64,000 bases of DNA, taken from assembly GCA_045635865.1 (NCBI GenBank), contig JAZTWK010000055.1, positions 11,230 through 75,229 of the forward strand, given 5' to 3'. The notes below the pieces were generated by a model. It saw only the letters and a program-made list of their open reading frames with translations. It did no database searches and had not been told where the DNA came from. Shown piece after piece: positions 1 through 9,284 of the stretch. This DNA comes from Victivallaceae bacterium (lineage in GTDB: Bacteria > Verrucomicrobiota > Lentisphaeria > Victivallales > Victivallaceae). How positions within the stretch are numbered: the first letter of the stretch is position 1; each line of letters opens with the position of its first letter. The translations under genes and the position numbers were made by a program.

Positions 1-314
1 ACTACAACGACTTGCCCTTCCCGCACGAATTGCTCAAGCACCTTGGCGCCGACGAGCAGCACTTCGGCGCCGACCGCGACTGGCTGGGCGTGCCGGATCA
101 GCAGGAATCCTTCAGTTGCGGCGAGGGCGCGGTCGTTTTGCCCAAGCTCTACCCGGAACTGGTGAAAAAACTCGCCGCCTACGTCGAAAAGCAGGCGGAC
201 GACCCGGCAAATGACCGCATCGTCGTGGCTTCGCCCTACACGAAGCTCTGCCTTGCCAAATACACCGCGCTCAAGGTGGAAACACTGGAAGAAGCGGTGC
301 TGTCGGCGCTGTAA
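1..314 (+). CDS. 3' end of a CDS entering from upstream of the window; product not recognised
   Basis: Frame is open from the window edge (codons from nt 3) to TAA at 312-314. GC-rich third positions. Same orientation as the downstream aldolase/nagB/nagA genes. No motif I can name. Confidence 0.4.
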   Translation, partial: YNDLPFPHELLKHLGADEQHFGADRDWLGVPDQQESFSCGEGAVVLPKLYPELVKKLAAYVEKQADDPANDRIVVASPYTKLCLAKYTALKVETLEEAVLSAL

Positions 315-328
315 AGGAGAAGTTGCTT

Positions 329-1156
329 ATGTCTCTGGTGACCATGAATGAAATTTTGCGCCCGGCGCGCCGCGAAAAGCGCGCCATCGGCGCCTTCAAC
401 GTGGCAAATTACGAAACGGCGCTAGCGGTGCTGAAAGCCGCCGAAGCGGAAAGATCCCCGGTCATCATCCAAGTTTACGACCGGCTCTTTCAGTCGGACA
501 AGGCGGCGGATATCGCCGGGATGCTGATTCGACTGGCGCAACGTGCCAATCAGCCGATCGCATTGCATCTGGATCACGGCGCCTCGCTCGAAAGCGTGGT
601 GATCGCGCTCCGGGCGGGCTACACCTCGGTCATGCTCGACGGTTCGCGGCTGCCCTATGCAGAAAACGTCGCCAAAACCAAATTGGCGGTGAGTCTGGCG
701 CACGCCGTCGGCGCTTCCGTCGAGGGCGAGATCGGTCACGTCGCGCAGGGCGACCCCACTTCGCTCACTTCGGTAGAGGAGGCGCTCTCCTTTGCCCGGG
801 ATACGCAACTCGACGCGCTGGCGGTTTCCATCGGCACCGCCCACGGCTACTACACGGCGGAGCCGAAGCTGGATATCGACCGCTGTCGGGCGATCGGCGA
901 AGCGCTCCCCGAGTTGCCGCTGGTGCTCCACGGCGGCTCCGGCACGCCGCTGGACGCGGTCCGGAAATCCATCCACTGCGGCATTGCGAAGATCAACATC
1001 GCCACCGAGTACATGGATACCTACTTAAAGAGCACCCGCGCCGAGTTGGAAAAACTCAACGGCAAGTTCCTGCCGATCGACAAGTTTTACGACCCGGTGG
1101 TCGACGCCTGCGCCGCCCACGCCGCCAAACTGATCCGGTTCTTCGCCGGTAAATAA
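329..1156 (+). CDS. class II ketose-bisphosphate aldolase (tagatose-/fructose-1,6-bisphosphate aldolase family, KbaY/GatY-like)
   Basis: Translation has family hallmarks: IIQV..., LHLDHG, GEIGHV, SIGTAHG, LVLHGGSG. The ATG at 329 is preferred over the TTG at 323 and follows AAGGAGAAG. Confidence 0.85.
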   Translation: MSLVTMNEILRPARREKRAIGAFNVANYETALAVLKAAEAERSPVIIQVYDRLFQSDKAADIAGMLIRLAQRANQPIALHLDHGASLESVVIALRAGYTSVMLDGSRLPYAENVAKTKLAVSLAHAVGASVEGEIGHVAQGDPTSLTSVEEALSFARDTQLDALAVSIGTAHGYYTAEPKLDIDRCRAIGEALPELPLVLHGGSGTPLDAVRKSIHCGIAKINIATEYMDTYLKSTRAELEKLNGKFLPIDKFYDPVVDACAAHAAKLIRFFAGK

Positions 1157-1169
1157 TTGAGGATCGAAA

Positions 1170-1958
1170 ATGAAAGTTCAAAAAGTTGCCGATTACCACG
1201 CCATGAGTGTTGCCGGCGCGGAAATCATTTACCACGCCGTCGCGGCGGCGATGAAAGCCAAACGCAAATTCAATCTGGGGCTTGCCACCGGCAATACCAT
1301 GATCGAGCTCTATCAGATCTTGGCGGATCGCTTCAACGCCGACGGGATCGATCTATCCGGGCTCTCGACTTGGAATCTGGATGAATATGCCGCCGACGAG
1401 CATACCGCCGTCGGTCACGACCACCCGTTGAGCTACTGGAAGTACATGCACGAAAAACTCTTTTACAAGTTTGCCCCCGCGCGGAACTTTGCGGAAGGTC
1501 AAGCGCACTTCCCCGACCCCGCCGATCCGGGCAAATTCGACCGCGAACTGGCGGCGGCGGGCGGGCTTGACCTGCAGCTTTTGGGCATCGGTTTCAACGG
1601 TCATATCGCCTTCAACGAGCCGATCCCGGAAGCGGAGATCGCGGCGGAAGTTTACGGCCAGCTCCCGACCCGGGTGTTGCCGCTTACCAAGGAAACCATC
1701 GAGCAAAACACCAAAGTTACCGCCAATGGCGACAGTTCGCTGGTGCCGCGCTTTGCCGCCACGACCGGCATGAAGCCGATTCTGGCGTCCAAGCGGGAAT
1801 TGCTGTTGGCGTGCTTTGCCGAGCAGGAAGCGCCGCTTACCCGGATGCTCAAAGATCGGCGCGCCACGCCGGAGTTGCCCGCCTCCTACTTGTTGGATCA
1901 CGCCGATTTCACCTTGATCTACACCGCGGATAAGATCAACTTGGATACCGTTTTATGA
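1170..1958 (+). CDS. nagB: glucosamine-6-phosphate deaminase
   Basis: LGLATGNTM and LLGIGFNGHIAFNEP motifs; 262 aa, typical length; adjacent to nagA. Confidence 0.9.
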   Translation: MKVQKVADYHAMSVAGAEIIYHAVAAAMKAKRKFNLGLATGNTMIELYQILADRFNADGIDLSGLSTWNLDEYAADEHTAVGHDHPLSYWKYMHEKLFYKFAPARNFAEGQAHFPDPADPGKFDRELAAAGGLDLQLLGIGFNGHIAFNEPIPEAEIAAEVYGQLPTRVLPLTKETIEQNTKVTANGDSSLVPRFAATTGMKPILASKRELLLACFAEQEAPLTRMLKDRRATPELPASYLLDHADFTLIYTADKINLDTVL

Positions 1959-3097
1959 GTGTCGTCATCCAAAATTGCCGGATCGTGTCGCCGGGGGTGG
2001 ATATTTCCGGCAATATCCGGCTGGAAAATGATCGGATCGTCGCCGTCGGCAACGCCCCGGCGCGCGAAACCGACACCGTGATCGACGGCAGGGGGCGGAT
2101 CGCCGTGCCGGGCTTCATCGACATCCACTCGCACGGTCGCTCCAATTATGACTTTTGCGACGGCACCGCCGAAGCCTTTGCCACGATCGGTCGGGATAAA
2201 CTCCGGGACGGGGTGACCGGATTTCTCGCCACCAGCTTGAGCGTTTCCGAAGCGGATCTGCGCCAACTCTGCCGTCAGGCACAAGAGTACAAACGCACCG
2301 TGACCGACGGGGCGAGTCTGTTGGGGATCCACTTGGAAGGGCCCTTTTTCAATCCCCCCTGCGCCGGGGCGCAGAATCCGGAATTTCTGCAAAATCCGCG
2401 GATCGACCTGGTGGAGGAACTCAACGCCATATCGCCGGTAAAAAAAGTTTCTTTCTCGCCCGAATTGCCCGGCGGGGTGGAGTTTACCCGTGAGCTCGCC
2501 GCGCGCGGCATCATGCCCTCGGGCGGCCACAGCGAAGCCGATTACGCCTGCTTTGAAGCCGCCCGGCAGGCGGGGATGAAGCACCTGACTCACTTCTGCA
2601 ACGTCATGACTCCGGTGCATCATTTGCGCTTCGGCATGGTGGGCGGCGGCTTAATGGCGGACGACGTCTATGTGGAAATGATCTGCGACGGCATCCACCT
2701 CTGCGATCAGATGATCCGGTTGATCGCCAAACTCAAGGGTCCGGGGCGGATGATGCTGATCACCGACTCGATGCGCGCCGCCGGCATGCCCGACGGGGAC
2801 TACACCCTCGGCGGCTTGCCGGTCGTGGTCAAGGGCGGTTGCGCCCGCCTCACCACCGGGCAGGTCGCCGGGAGCACGTTGCGTTACTACGCCGGATTCC
2901 AACGTTTGGTGCGCCTCACCGGACTTCCGCTGGCGGAAGCGGTGCGCGCCACCAGTTGCAATCAGGCGGAAAGCCTAAATTTGGGCAAGCGCGGGAGCAT
3001 TGAACCGGATTTCATCGCCGACCTCGTTCTGCTGGATGAAAACTTGGAAGTCCGCACCACGATCGTCGACGGCCGCGTCAAGTATCAGGCAAATTGA
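1955..3097 (+). CDS. nagA: N-acetylglucosamine-6-phosphate deacetylase
   Basis: GFIDIHSHG metal-binding motif and HLEGPF motif; 380 aa. ATGA start/stop overlap with nagB. Confidence 0.9.
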   Translation: MSVVIQNCRIVSPGVDISGNIRLENDRIVAVGNAPARETDTVIDGRGRIAVPGFIDIHSHGRSNYDFCDGTAEAFATIGRDKLRDGVTGFLATSLSVSEADLRQLCRQAQEYKRTVTDGASLLGIHLEGPFFNPPCAGAQNPEFLQNPRIDLVEELNAISPVKKVSFSPELPGGVEFTRELAARGIMPSGGHSEADYACFEAARQAGMKHLTHFCNVMTPVHHLRFGMVGGGLMADDVYVEMICDGIHLCDQMIRLIAKLKGPGRMMLITDSMRAAGMPDGDYTLGGLPVVVKGGCARLTTGQVAGSTLRYYAGFQRLVRLTGLPLAEAVRATSCNQAESLNLGKRGSIEPDFIADLVLLDENLEVRTTIVDGRVKYQAN

Positions 3098-3122
3098 AAG
3101 AATCCAGCTTTGAAGCTATATT
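3094..3122 (+). promoter_or_regulatory. sigma-70-type promoter TTGAAA-N17-TATATT
   Basis: -35 at 3094-3099 (overlaps the nagA stop), exact 17-nt spacer, -10 at 3117-3122. It lies 20 nt upstream of the AGGAAG RBS and the ATG at 3143. Confidence 0.5.
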
Positions 3123-3142
3123 GAAAAAAAGGAAGAGTCAAA

Positions 3143-3979
3143 ATGAAAAATCCCTTGGGAACCTTGCTCCGTTGCCCGCACTTCACCGAAGCGCGGCTGG
3201 CGCTCTACCAAAAGCTCGGCATGAATATCTTGCAGATCGCCGGGGTCAGCGAGGAATATATCGCCCCGACCGCCGAAGCGGAGAAAAAGTCGGATGAACT
3301 TTTTGCACTCATTCGCCAATACGGTTTTTCCGTGCCCACGATGTTCCTCTTCTTCCCCAATCAGGATTGGAGCCGGATAAAAGAGACCACCGGACTGGTC
3401 CCCGAAGCGTTTCGGGCGGAGCGGATGGTGCTGGCGTGCCGCCAAATGTTGTGGGGCAAGAAATACGGCATCCAATACATCGCCTGCCACGTCGGCTGTC
3501 AGCCCGAAGCGGGCGCTCCGGAGTACGAAAAATTCGTTAATGATCTGCGGCAACTCGCCCTCTTTGCCGAAGCCAACGGCCAGCAGTTTATCTTTGAGAC
3601 CGGCATGGAATCCGGGGCGGCGCTCAAACAACTCTTGGACGATCTCGCCCCGGCGAAACCGGGGATCAACTTCGACCCGGCGAACCTCCTCATCTACGAT
3701 CGGGACACCCCGGATCACTTCCTCGATCTCTTGGAAGACCGGGTGCGGGTGGTCCATTGCAAAGACGGCAAGCGGCCGCAAGACGGCAACGCTCTGGGCA
3801 AGGAAACGGTTCTGGGGCAAGGAGATGCGCGGTTTGCCGACGTGTTGAAACGCCTGCTCAAAAACGGCTTTGCCGGCAATCTCGTCATCGAGCGGGAATT
3901 GCCCCCCGGGCCGGAGCAGGAGCGCGACATCGCCGAAGCGATCCAGTTCATCCAAGCGGAAGCCGCCAAGGTCAAATAG
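3143..3979 (+). CDS. sugar phosphate isomerase/epimerase (xylose-isomerase-like TIM barrel)
   Basis: 278 aa. Overall pattern matches the AP endonuclease 2/xylose isomerase-like TIM-barrel family (..IACHVG.., ..FIFETG.., ..GINFDPANL.., ..VHCKDG..). Confidence 0.7.
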   Translation: MKNPLGTLLRCPHFTEARLALYQKLGMNILQIAGVSEEYIAPTAEAEKKSDELFALIRQYGFSVPTMFLFFPNQDWSRIKETTGLVPEAFRAERMVLACRQMLWGKKYGIQYIACHVGCQPEAGAPEYEKFVNDLRQLALFAEANGQQFIFETGMESGAALKQLLDDLAPAKPGINFDPANLLIYDRDTPDHFLDLLEDRVRVVHCKDGKRPQDGNALGKETVLGQGDARFADVLKRLLKNGFAGNLVIERELPPGPEQERDIAEAIQFIQAEAAKVK

Positions 3980-4023
3980 TGGAAGCAGCGAAAATGGTCA
4001 TCGTGGTAAAACAGGAAAAGGAA

Positions 4024-5034
4024 ATGCAAATGATCAAGTTCGGAATCATCGGTGCCGGGCGGCTGGGCACTACCCACGCCGACAGTCTGTCCAAAATGGA
4101 AAATGTGAAACTTGCCGCCGTGTACGATATCGCCCCGGAAAAGGCGCAGGCGATGCAGGAAAAATACGGCCCGGAGATCTGCTCCTCGGTCGAGGAACTC
4201 GTGGACAAGGTCGATGCGATCGTCGTGGCGACCCCCAGCGACTGCCATATCGACGGGGTCCGCGCCGCGGTCAAGGCGAATAAGCCGGTTTTCACCGAAA
4301 AGCCGCTTTGCCGCTTCGCGGAACAGGCGGCGGAATACCGCGAACTGCTCAAAAATTTCACCAAAACCTTCGGCATCGGCTTCGTCCGCCGCCACATGGC
4401 GAAAACCCTCAAATTCAAAGAGTTGCTGGATTCCGGCATCATCGGCAAAATTCGCTTCTGCAACGTCGATCTGCCTTTCGGCGCCTACAAGCGGATGTAC
4501 GGCGACTGGTTCACCGACTATCAGCGCTCCGGCGGCGTCATTTTGGATATGCTCGCCCACCACATGGACCTCGCCAACTGGTTCTTCGGCAAGGCGAAAC
4601 GGGTTTACGCGCAGGGCCTGCTGCTCGATCCCCAACAGGAACTCCCCGCCGACTACGTTTCCGCCACCGTCACCTACGCCAACGGAATTATCGTCAATAT
4701 GATGTGCAGTTGGCAGCGCTTCGGGCGCTCCGGCGAAGTTATGGAGATCTACGGCGAAAACGGGGCGCTCACCTTGGATGCTTCGTCAACGATCAAGCTC
4801 GTTTTGCTCGACGGCACGACGAAAGAGATCGAAGTCAACGAAACCGCCCAGAGCGCCGGGGTCGGCAACGCCAGCACCGGCAACGGCTTCATGAATGAAA
4901 TGGTCGCCTTTGCTGACGCGATCCGCACCGGCAAAAGCTACTTCCCGGGCATTCCGGAAGCCTTCGCAAGTTTCGCCGTCGCCGAGGCGATGATGCGTTC
5001 GGCGGAAACCGATCAGATCGTAACTATCCAGTAA
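4024..5034 (+). CDS. Gfo/Idh/MocA family oxidoreductase
   Basis: N-terminal Rossmann motif IKFGIIGAGRLG. The track ORF starts at 3757 but overlaps the previous gene. ATGs at 3994, 4024 and 4030 are alternatives; AGGAAAAGGAA precedes 4024. Confidence 0.75.
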   Translation: MQMIKFGIIGAGRLGTTHADSLSKMENVKLAAVYDIAPEKAQAMQEKYGPEICSSVEELVDKVDAIVVATPSDCHIDGVRAAVKANKPVFTEKPLCRFAEQAAEYRELLKNFTKTFGIGFVRRHMAKTLKFKELLDSGIIGKIRFCNVDLPFGAYKRMYGDWFTDYQRSGGVILDMLAHHMDLANWFFGKAKRVYAQGLLLDPQQELPADYVSATVTYANGIIVNMMCSWQRFGRSGEVMEIYGENGALTLDASSTIKLVLLDGTTKEIEVNETAQSAGVGNASTGNGFMNEMVAFADAIRTGKSYFPGIPEAFASFAVAEAMMRSAETDQIVTIQ

Positions 5035-5050
5035 TGGGGGAGTGGCGGCG

Positions 5051-6187
5051 ATGAATAAGAAAATCCGGGTCGGAATTTTGGGGCTGGGGCGCGCGGGGCG
5101 CAATATGCACGCACCCGAAATCGCGCTCTTCCCCGAATTTTATGAGATCGCCGCCGGTTGCGACCACGCCGCCGACCGGCGGGAAGATCTGCCGAAGCAG
5201 TTTGCGGGCGCCAAAATCTACGCCGATTACGCCCAAATGCTCGCCGATCCGACGCTGGATATGATCAGTATCGCCACCCGCAACGACGACCATACCCCGC
5301 AGGCGTTGCAGGCGCTTGAAGCCGGCAAGGCGGTGGTGGTGGATAAACCCTTTGCCACCTCCGCCGAGCAGGCGGAGGCGTTGCTTCAGGCCGCAAAACA
5401 ATACCCGGGCAAACTCTTTTTCCGCTTCAACCGGCGGTTCGAGTCGCCGTTTCTGATGATCCAAGAGGTGCTCAAATCCGGGATCCTCGGGGAAATTTCG
5501 ATGATCAAGATCCACCGCCACCCGGGGTACGTCCGCCGCTTCGACTGGCAGACTTTGACCGAGTTTCACGGCGGACTTTTCAACAACTGGGGACCGCACT
5601 TCGTCGATCAGGGACTGCAGCTCTTGCAAAGTCCGGTCAAAGATCTGTGGTGCAACCTCGCCCATATCGTCGGCGGCGGCGATGCCGACGATCAGGTGAA
5701 ACTGGTGCTGGTCGGGGAAAACAACTGCGTGGTCGATATTGAAATATCCACCATTTTGACCATCCACGGCAACCTCTACGAACTTTGGGGCAGCCGGGGG
5801 TCGCTGGTGATACCCGCCAACGGTCAGGAACTCAAACTCCGCTATCTGGATCCGGCGATCCGCTTCACCCGGCTGGACGGGGTGCGGGGGAACTTCCCGC
5901 TGGAGTACGGCAATCCCAATGAAAAATTGACTTTCATCGAGGAGTCGCGGCCGATCCCGGCGAGCACCTACGGACACTTGCTTCAGCGCGGCAAAGTGAT
6001 CGAGAGCGGCAAGGAAGAGCCGGATAAGGGCTACACTTATCCTGACACGATGTGGTATCACGTCTATCAGGCGTTGCAGGGCAACGCGCCTTATCCCATT
6101 ACGGCACAAGACGCCTACAATGTGGTGATGACCATGCTCCGCGCCCACGCGGCGGCGCACTACCACCCCTCGGTGATCGAGTACTGA
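5051..6187 (+). CDS. Gfo/Idh/MocA family oxidoreductase
   Basis: IRVGILGLGRAG Rossmann motif and ..VVVDKPFA.. motif; 378 aa. The ATG at 5051 is preferred over the GTG at 5042. Confidence 0.8.
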   Translation: MNKKIRVGILGLGRAGRNMHAPEIALFPEFYEIAAGCDHAADRREDLPKQFAGAKIYADYAQMLADPTLDMISIATRNDDHTPQALQALEAGKAVVVDKPFATSAEQAEALLQAAKQYPGKLFFRFNRRFESPFLMIQEVLKSGILGEISMIKIHRHPGYVRRFDWQTLTEFHGGLFNNWGPHFVDQGLQLLQSPVKDLWCNLAHIVGGGDADDQVKLVLVGENNCVVDIEISTILTIHGNLYELWGSRGSLVIPANGQELKLRYLDPAIRFTRLDGVRGNFPLEYGNPNEKLTFIEESRPIPASTYGHLLQRGKVIESGKEEPDKGYTYPDTMWYHVYQALQGNAPYPITAQDAYNVVMTMLRAHAAAHYHPSVIEY

Positions 6188-6287
6188 CTCCCGCCGCTGG
6201 CAAAAAAAAGCAACGCACAAAAAAGGGCAATTTTTAAGCGCGACGGCAACCAATGCACAAAAAAATCGATTTTTTGCGCAAAGCAAC

Positions 6288-6316
6288 TTGATATTGCTTA
6301 ATTTTTGCGATATATT
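6288..6316 (+). promoter_or_regulatory. sigma-70-type promoter TTGATA-N17-TATATT upstream of the Fic gene
   Basis: -35 at 6288-6293, 17-nt spacer, -10 at 6311-6316. Confidence 0.5.
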
Positions 6317-6367
6317 GAGCATAGGAAATTAACCCCTCGCAATCCAACAGTGACGGAGAATGTAAAA

Positions 6368-7492
6368 ATGAGACCATGCCCTTTGGCTTCCTTGCCACCC
6401 GCCCAAGAGTTGGAAACCAAAAAAGTTCTGAAACGCGTCAACGACGCCAACCGAGAACTGGCCCTGCTCAACGGATTTTCCAGAACCATCCCCAACCAGT
6501 ACATCTTGATCCGGGCGCTCAGTTTGCAGGAGGCAAAAGACAGTTCTGAAATTGAAAGCATCATCACCACGACCGATGAACTTTATCAAGCGGAACTTTT
6601 CGAGCAGAAAACAATCTCCCCGCAAGCGAAAGAAGTTCGCAATTACGCAGAAGCGTTATTGCTGGGATACGAGCAAATCCGCAATGGTAATCTGCTTACC
6701 ATCAATAATATCTGCACTATTCAGAGCGTTTTGGAAAAAAACAATGCGGGAATCCGTAAGCAAGTCGGCACAACGCTAAAAAATGCCAGTACCGGAGAAA
6801 TCATTTATACGCCACCCCAAGACTACGATACGATAATTGCATTACTCGGGAATTTGGAAAAAGTCATCAATGTTGACGATTTTTGGCCTGAAATTGATCC
6901 ATTGGTAAAGATGGCGGCCATTCATTACCAGTTTGAAAGCATCCACCCTTTTTACGATGGCAACGGTCGCACCGGGCGAATCATTAATGTCTTATATATG
7001 GTCTTGAAAAAATTACTGGATACCCCGATCCTCTATTTGAGCCGGTATATCATCAGCAACAAAAGCGCGTATTATCAATGTTTGCAGGAAGTCCGCACGC
7101 AAAACAACTGGGAAGATTTTATTCTTTTCATGCTGGATGCGGTAATAGAAACGGCAAAAATGACGGTGGTCACGATCCAAAAAATTGATGCATCAATGCT
7201 AAAAACCAAACGTTTACTTCGGGAAAACTTCAAATTTTACAACCGGGACTTGGTTGACGCTATCTATCTCTTCCCTTACACAAGAATTCAACATCTGCAA
7301 GACGCGTTGCACATCAGTCGCAATACTGCGGCATCATATTTGAAACAGATGACCGATTTCGGACTTTTGCGCAGAATGACAAGGGGCAACTGCGCATATT
7401 TTGTCAATCAGGAATTATTCAAAATTCTTTGCGAAATTCCCGGACAGGCAGATAAATCTTCCCCAGAAATAGTAACGGATAACGGGGAATAA
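6368..7492 (+). CDS. Fic family protein (AMPylase-type; Fic/DOC N-terminal domain + Fic core + C-terminal wHTH-like region)
   Basis: Canonical Fic motif HPFYDGNGRTGR (HxFx[DE]GNGRxxR). N-terminal SSEIES element at the position of the inhibitory [ST]xxxE[GN] helix. The gene is visibly AT-richer than its neighbours. The first ATG in the ORF is at 6368. Confidence 0.85.
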   Translation: MRPCPLASLPPAQELETKKVLKRVNDANRELALLNGFSRTIPNQYILIRALSLQEAKDSSEIESIITTTDELYQAELFEQKTISPQAKEVRNYAEALLLGYEQIRNGNLLTINNICTIQSVLEKNNAGIRKQVGTTLKNASTGEIIYTPPQDYDTIIALLGNLEKVINVDDFWPEIDPLVKMAAIHYQFESIHPFYDGNGRTGRIINVLYMVLKKLLDTPILYLSRYIISNKSAYYQCLQEVRTQNNWEDFILFMLDAVIETAKMTVVTIQKIDASMLKTKRLLRENFKFYNRDLVDAIYLFPYTRIQHLQDALHISRNTAASYLKQMTDFGLLRRMTRGNCAYFVNQELFKILCEIPGQADKSSPEIVTDNGE

Positions 7493-7532
7493 CCGGTCGA
7501 TTGGTCCAGCCGTTTCCCCGGTGGATATTACG

Positions 7533-7561
7533 TTGAAAAACGGTGCGCCGGCGTGTATATT
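7533..7561 (+). promoter_or_regulatory. sigma-70-type promoter TTGAAA-N17-TATATT (with TG extended -10)
   Basis: -35 at 7533-7538, 17-nt spacer ending in TG, -10 at 7556-7561. It lies 38 nt upstream of the ATG at 7600. Confidence 0.5.
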
Positions 7562-7599
7562 TTAGTGGCACCTAAAACCCTATTGAAGCAGAAAAGAAA

Positions 7600-8622
7600 A
7601 TGAAAAGAAAAAATTATTCCTCCTTACTCGTGCTTTTGCTGGCGCTCGGCAGCTTGATCCTCGCGGGGTGCGCTTCCACGCCGCTGGCTTCGTGGCAGGA
7701 TCAGGCGCCCGCCAAAGCTGCGCTCGTAAACTACATCCAAGCGGTCACCGCCGAGGGCTCGCCCGACTATATCCCGGTCGCCAACCGCATCGCCGTTTTC
7801 GATTTCGACGGCACGCTGTTTCTGGAAACCGACCCCACTTACTTCGACTGGCAACTCTTTGAGCACCGCGTCCTCGACGACCGCAGTTACCAACCCACCG
7901 CCGAGCAGCTCGCGGCGGCGCGCAACGCCCGGCGCGGCAAGCTCCCCAAATTGGATAAAAACCGCGAACGCATGGTTGCCGAAGCCTATCGGGGCATGAC
8001 CTTTGCGGAATTCGACGCTTTCGTGCGCAACTTCATGGCGGAAGATCAACCCGGCTTCAACGATCTCAAGCGCGGCGATGCCTACTATCGCCCCATGCTC
8101 GAAGTCATCGACTATCTGCGCCAAAACGGTTTTACCGTGTATGTGATCAGCGGCACCGACCGCTACACGATGCGCCCGCTCGCGGCGGTATTGCAATTAC
8201 CTCCGGCTCAAATCATCGGCTCCGACAGCACCGTCGTGGCGAGCGGTCAAGGCGACAAGGACGGCTTGGAGTACATTTTCGTCGACGACGAACTGCGCTT
8301 GGGCGGCGTCAATTTGGTGAAAAATCTCCAGATGAATAAAGTTTCCATCATCGTGCGCGAGATCGGCATCCAGCCGGTGCTGGCATTCGGCAACACCATG
8401 AGCGACGCGAGTATGCTCAACTACACGATCTGCCGCAACAAGTATAAATCGCTCGGCTTCATGCTGCTCTGCGACGACCTGGTGCGCGAGTACGGCAATC
8501 TGAAAAAGGCCGACGAAATGCGCCAAAGCTGCCAAAAATACGGTTGGATCCCGGTTTCCATGCGCGACGACTGGAAAACCATTTACGGTACCGGCGTCAC
8601 CCGCAAAGGCACCGGCAAATGA
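7600..8622 (+). CDS. HAD-superfamily hydrolase, predicted lipoprotein
   Basis: Signal peptide with lipobox LILAGC|AS. HAD motif I at VFDFDGTLF. 340 aa. Confidence 0.7.
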   Translation: MKRKNYSSLLVLLLALGSLILAGCASTPLASWQDQAPAKAALVNYIQAVTAEGSPDYIPVANRIAVFDFDGTLFLETDPTYFDWQLFEHRVLDDRSYQPTAEQLAAARNARRGKLPKLDKNRERMVAEAYRGMTFAEFDAFVRNFMAEDQPGFNDLKRGDAYYRPMLEVIDYLRQNGFTVYVISGTDRYTMRPLAAVLQLPPAQIIGSDSTVVASGQGDKDGLEYIFVDDELRLGGVNLVKNLQMNKVSIIVREIGIQPVLAFGNTMSDASMLNYTICRNKYKSLGFMLLCDDLVREYGNLKKADEMRQSCQKYGWIPVSMRDDWKTIYGTGVTRKGTGK

Positions 8623-9191
8623 TGAACTCGCCGTCGCCGGAAGCTCCCTGCCGGGCGATGTACCGGGGCGACCCGATACTGGAGCAATACCACGACTCGG
8701 AGTGGTGCAAGGTAAGCCACGACGACCGCTTCCTCTTTGAAATGCTCGCTCTCGAGGGCGCGAGCGTCGGACTATCCTGGTCGCTCATCATGCACAAGCG
8801 CGCGCGCTACAAAGAACTTTTTCACAACTTTGAGATCGCCGCCTGCGCAACAATGAGCGATGCGGAGTTGGAAGCGGCGCTTGCCGATCCCGGCATCATC
8901 CGCAACCGCGCCAAGGTTTTCGGCGTGCGCCAAAACGCGCAGGCGGTGCAAAAAATTCAAGCGGAATTCGGTTCTTTCGACGCCTATATCTGGAGTTTTT
9001 CCGGCGGCAAAACCTTGGACGGCAAGTGGAAAACCGTTGCGGAGATCCCGACGGTTTCCGCGATTTCCCGGGCGATGAGTCTTGATATGAAAAAGCGCGG
9101 CATCGTCTTGGTCGGCGCGGTGATCACCTATTCCTATTTGCAGTCGATCGGCATGGTCAACGACCACCTCTCAAACTGCCCGTATCGATAA
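8619..9191 (+). CDS. tag: DNA-3-methyladenine glycosylase I
   Basis: YHDSEWC..., LALEGASVGLSW, IRNRAKV and other Tag hallmarks. The ATG at 8619 overlaps the upstream stop (ATGA). Confidence 0.9.
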   Translation: MMNSPSPEAPCRAMYRGDPILEQYHDSEWCKVSHDDRFLFEMLALEGASVGLSWSLIMHKRARYKELFHNFEIAACATMSDAELEAALADPGIIRNRAKVFGVRQNAQAVQKIQAEFGSFDAYIWSFSGGKTLDGKWKTVAEIPTVSAISRAMSLDMKKRGIVLVGAVITYSYLQSIGMVNDHLSNCPYR

Positions 9192-9284
9192 CTTACTTGC
9201 CGGGAAAGCCTCTTTCTTGTTGGCGTAACCTCGGCGACCGACGGCGTTTGCCCCCCAGGTGCGCTTGCCCTTGAAAAGTAACTT

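Noticed and set aside
3757-4023. Long N-terminal extensions of track ORFs (3757, 8544, 17515, 20175, 28858, 43972, 55510, 55651, 59283 and others)
   Set aside because: The extensions overlap the preceding genes, are Arg/Pro/Gly-rich and precede obvious family N-termini with RBS-linked ATGs. Shorter starts were chosen.
6254-6280. AT-rich imperfect palindrome TGCACAAAAAAATCGATTTTTTGCGCA downstream of the oxidoreductase gene
   Set aside because: The arms are out of register by one nt and almost purely A/T, so it is not convincing as a terminator or operator.
5024-6322. 432-aa minus-strand ORF opposite the second Gfo/Idh/MocA gene. The same phenomenon occurs at 12934-14796, 14803-15948, 39751-41103, 46029-47267, 56938-59106 and elsewhere.
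   Set aside because: These are shadow ORFs. The opposite strand has clear family motifs and GC3 skew, while these translations are Arg/Gly/Asp-rich with no recognisable domain.
7563-7585. TGGCAC hexamer upstream of the HAD gene, and TGGCAT at 62918-62935, examined as sigma-54 promoters
   Set aside because: There is no GC dinucleotide at the required 12-nt distance from the GG (off by one or absent). Only the guaA-proximal site satisfies the spacing.
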